Part shown: positions 61,620 through 64,000 of the stretch, piece by piece | How positions within the stretch are numbered: the stretch's first letter is position 1 | How the letters are laid out: every line of letters begins with the position of its first letter | DNA from: an uncultured Gemmatimonadales bacterium | GTDB lineage: Bacteria > Gemmatimonadota > Gemmatimonadetes > Gemmatimonadales > GWC2-71-9 | Length of the DNA stretch: 64,000 nt | Reading direction: 5' to 3' | Assembly (NCBI GenBank): GCA_963842945.1 | Contig: CAWJIM010000005.1 | Coordinates: 96,001-160,000, forward strand | The notes under the pieces: generated by a model | What the model was told of the DNA's origin: nothing | Database searches by the model: none | What the model saw: the letters and a program-made list of their open reading frames with translations, nothing else | Program-made: the position numbers and the translations under genes

Positions 61620-63372
61620 GCGCGGGTACGCCGGGGAGAGCCTCTCCCGCGTGCCAGCCGGTCGAGGCGAGTTGATCGAACAGGTCCAGCACCGCCCGCC
61701 GGTTTTCATGCACCGCCAGCACCAGCAGATCACCGGGCCGGGCCCATTCCAGCGCCGTCCTCACCGCCTCGATCTCGGGACCTGCCCGGGATAGTGCCCC
61801 GCTCGGTAGACCGAGCCGCAGGAACTCGTCCGACAGGAGTTTCGGAACCTCCCCCGGTGCTCGTCCTCTCAGGTAAGTCTCCATGTCCTTCACCACGACG
61901 CGGTCGGGTTGTAGCGCCCACCCCGCCCGGGCGAGAGCCCGGATGGCTTCGTCCCCCCGGTCGCCCGCCTGTCCCACCAGCAGCAGGCGGCGTTGAGCCG
62001 GTACGGTTCGGGCGACTTGCACCAGGGCCGACATGCCGTGCGGGTTGTGCGCGAAATCGAGCAGGACGCTGATACCTCCCAGCTCCACCATATTGGCGCG
62101 GCCCGGGTTGTCCTCCAGGTCACGCCCAAAGCGGCGAAGGGTGGACGCCATGATTGCCGGATCCAACCCCAGCGCCAGCCCGGCTGCCACGGCCGCCAGC
62201 GCATTCGCGACATTGTGCTCGGCGGTGCCGGCAAAGGTCACCGGAATCTCGGCCACCGGCAGCAGCCACGTGCGCTGTTCCCCCCGGGCTACCACCAGCA
62301 TTCCCTGATCCAACAGCACCACAGTACCGCCGTCCTGGATCTGCTTTCTCACCACCGGTGACGCCGGATTGAGCGAAAACCAGGAGAGCTGAACCTTCAA
62401 ACCGCGGCTCCGTTCCACCAGCAGCGGATCGTCCGCGTTCACCACCAGCGTGCCGCCGCCGGTCAGCGCCTTGGCAACGGTGAGCTTGGTGTCGGCCAGA
62501 TCCGGCAGGGTTTCGATCCCGAATTCGCCGAGATGGTCGTCCGCGATGTTGGTGACTACGGCGACGGCGGCGTGGTCCACCGGTAGTCCCCGGCGCAGAA
62601 TGCCGCCCCGGGCGGTCTCCAACACGGCAGTGTCGGTCTCAGGGAGGCGCAGCACCATCCGGGCGCCGCTGGGTCCGGCAAAGTCACCTTCCTCGAGGAG
62701 CGTGTGGCCCACGGTCACTCCGTCAGTCGAAGTGAGCCCGGTGGTTCGGCCCGACGCTTCCAGCATGGCTCCCAGCATCCGGACCACCGTGGTCTTCCCG
62801 TTGGATCCGGTTATCAGCGCGATGGGGATGTCGGAGGCGCTCTCCCAGTTCACGGTGTCGGGATCGGGCAGATCTTCGATGTGCCAGATGAGGGCGCCCT
62901 TGCCCGATCCAGCGGAGACCAGATCCTCGCCGTGCAGAAAGGTGAGACCCCGGGAAAGCGCGCCGTGGTAGAGTCCGGCCAGGCGGGGGTTCTTCTGTGA
63001 CGCGATGTCGTCCAGCAGCGCGGCGGTTGCTTTCCGGATGTCGGGCTGCTTGTCCCCCTGCAGCTCAGCGGAGGCCACGGCCCAGGCCCGCTCGTTCAGC
63101 TCGGTTGCCGCATAGAGTCCATCGATCGGGGCTGTCAGCGCCAGGCTGACGCCACCGCTGAAGCTGCGGGATGCCAGCTGCTCGTCCGGCCAGTCTACGG
63201 CTTGCAGCAACTGTCGCGCGGCCTGTCGCCAGGCGGCGATGGCGGCTTCCGCCTGCGACGGCTCGATCCGCGCCTCCAGGACCGCGCCCGGACGGTCGAG
63301 CAGCAGGCTGGGGCCGGTGAGCCGGCGGGAGTCCAGAACGAGCATGGCCGGATTACTGAAGCGCGTAGGCAT
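61609..63372 (-). CDS. Cyanophycin-synthetase-like Mur ligase lacking the ATP-grasp domain
   Basis: R.LTGP N-domain, ITGSNGKTT, LETARGGILRRGL, NIADDHLG, NPGR.N, DFAHNPHG, GDR. Confidence 0.8.
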   Translation of the reverse strand: MPTRFSNPAMLVLDSRRLTGPSLLLDRPGAVLEARIEPSQAEAAIAAWRQAARQLLQAVDWPDEQLASRSFSGGVSLALTAPIDGLYAATELNERAWAVASAELQGDKQPDIRKATAALLDDIASQKNPRLAGLYHGALSRGLTFLHGEDLVSAGSGKGALIWHIEDLPDPDTVNWESASDIPIALITGSNGKTTVVRMLGAMLEASGRTTGLTSTDGVTVGHTLLEEGDFAGPSGARMVLRLPETDTAVLETARGGILRRGLPVDHAAVAVVTNIADDHLGEFGIETLPDLADTKLTVAKALTGGGTLVVNADDPLLVERSRGLKVQLSWFSLNPASPVVRKQIQDGGTVVLLDQGMLVVARGEQRTWLLPVAEIPVTFAGTAEHNVANALAAVAAGLALGLDPAIMASTLRRFGRDLEDNPGRANMVELGGISVLLDFAHNPHGMSALVQVARTVPAQRRLLLVGQAGDRGDEAIRALARAGWALQPDRVVVKDMETYLRGRAPGEVPKLLSDEFLRLGLPSGALSRAGPEIEAVRTALEWARPGDLLVLAVHENRRAVLDLFDQLASTGWHAGEALPGVPALKG

Positions 63373-63392
63373 AGTGAGTTAGTCTAGTGGTC

Positions 63393-63506
63393 AAAGCGTG
63401 AGCGGGAACTGCAAAGCGTGAGCGGTGAGCGGGTCACCTAAGATCGGTGGTACTCCCGTTACGCTCACGTTCGTCCTGTCCCGCTCCGCTTTCCCGCTCA
63501 CGCTTT
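63393..63506. repeat. 114-bp element with perfect 16-bp terminal inverted repeats
   Basis: AAAGCGTGAGCGGGAA (63393-63408) / TTCCCGCTCACGCTTT (63491-63506) with internal GTGAGCG heptamers. Confidence 0.8.
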
Positions 63507-63514
63507 TCTTACTA

Positions 63515-64000
63515 CTAATCTTCCGCTTCCTCCCGCGGCATCCGCACGCCACGGGAGTCGCGCACGAACTCCCGCCGGTGGTCCTCGCCGCCGTCGGCTG
63601 AAACCGCCACCGCCAACGCCGGCTGCGCCGGCCGGATCCGCTCGACCACCCGGGAAGCAGCGTCCGGCCGGTACTGGATCACCTGCTTCCAGGTCCGGGT
63701 GATCGCGTCGCCAAAGATCAGGAGCAGGTCTCCCGCCTCCGCCTCGCGCAGCCCGGTGTCCACCGCCGCCTGCTCATCGGGCACCGCCAGGATCTGCTCT
63801 GCCGGAACGCCGTTCGCCACTAAAGCATCCCGCAGCAGCTGGGGCACTTCGTCCGGGCGCCGGCCCCGCAGCTGATCGTCCCGGCGGCAGATGTACCGGT
63901 CGAAGTTGCCCGCGGCAATCCGGCCGATATCGGCGATGTCCTCGTCCCGCCGGTCGCCCGGCGCCGCCAGCACCACCAGCCGCCGCCCGGCCACGTCCAT
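63515..64000 (-). CDS. cphA: Cyanophycin synthetase C-terminus (partial, runs off window)
   Basis: APGDRRDEDI, FD.YI..D..LRGR, E..A...L....GDL; upstream of CphA-like paralogue. Confidence 0.8.
   Translation of the reverse strand: MDVAGRRLVVLAAPGDRRDEDIADIGRIAAGNFDRYICRRDDQLRGRRPDEVPQLLRDALVANGVPAEQILAVPDEQAAVDTGLREAEAGDLLLIFGDAITRTWKQVIQYRPDAASRVVERIRPAQPALAVAVSADGGEDHRREFVRDSRGVRMPREEAED

Noticed and set aside
1..64000. Prophage, IS, integron, defence island, rRNA or tRNA
   Set aside because: No integrase, transposase, phage structural, cas or restriction genes and no tRNA/rRNA signatures recognised

Overview
GC-rich, gene-dense bacterial chromosomal segment. Gene content (eukaryotic-type Ser/Thr kinases, amidohydrolases, many secreted lipoproteins) suggests Gemmatimonadota; this is an inference. 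More than 20 otherwise intact genes carry single-base frameshifts, most simply explained as long-read indel errors rather than pseudogenes. Recognisable modules: SRPBCC-ArsR pair with twin operators; split NHEJ system (ku, LigD polymerase, LigD ligase, plus a second stand-alone LigD polymerase); osmoprotectant-type ABC transporter; DUF1015-serA-serC; ada-sufE-short rho; ergothioneine cluster egtB-egtD-egtA-sulfurtransferase lacking egtC/egtE; selenocysteine-containing Tat-exported formate dehydrogenase with SECIS, NrfD anchor and FdhE; cyanophycin synthetase end plus an ATP-grasp-less paralogue. The most interesting non-coding signals are: an unannotated structured RNA with its own -10 box and terminator (about 23987-24161), a DnaA-box/IHF cluster directly upstream of ku, a recurring CRP-like GTGA-N6-TCAC site in front of stress-type genes, and two families of short intergenic repeats. 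No rRNA, tRNA, CRISPR array, transposase or prophage was seen.
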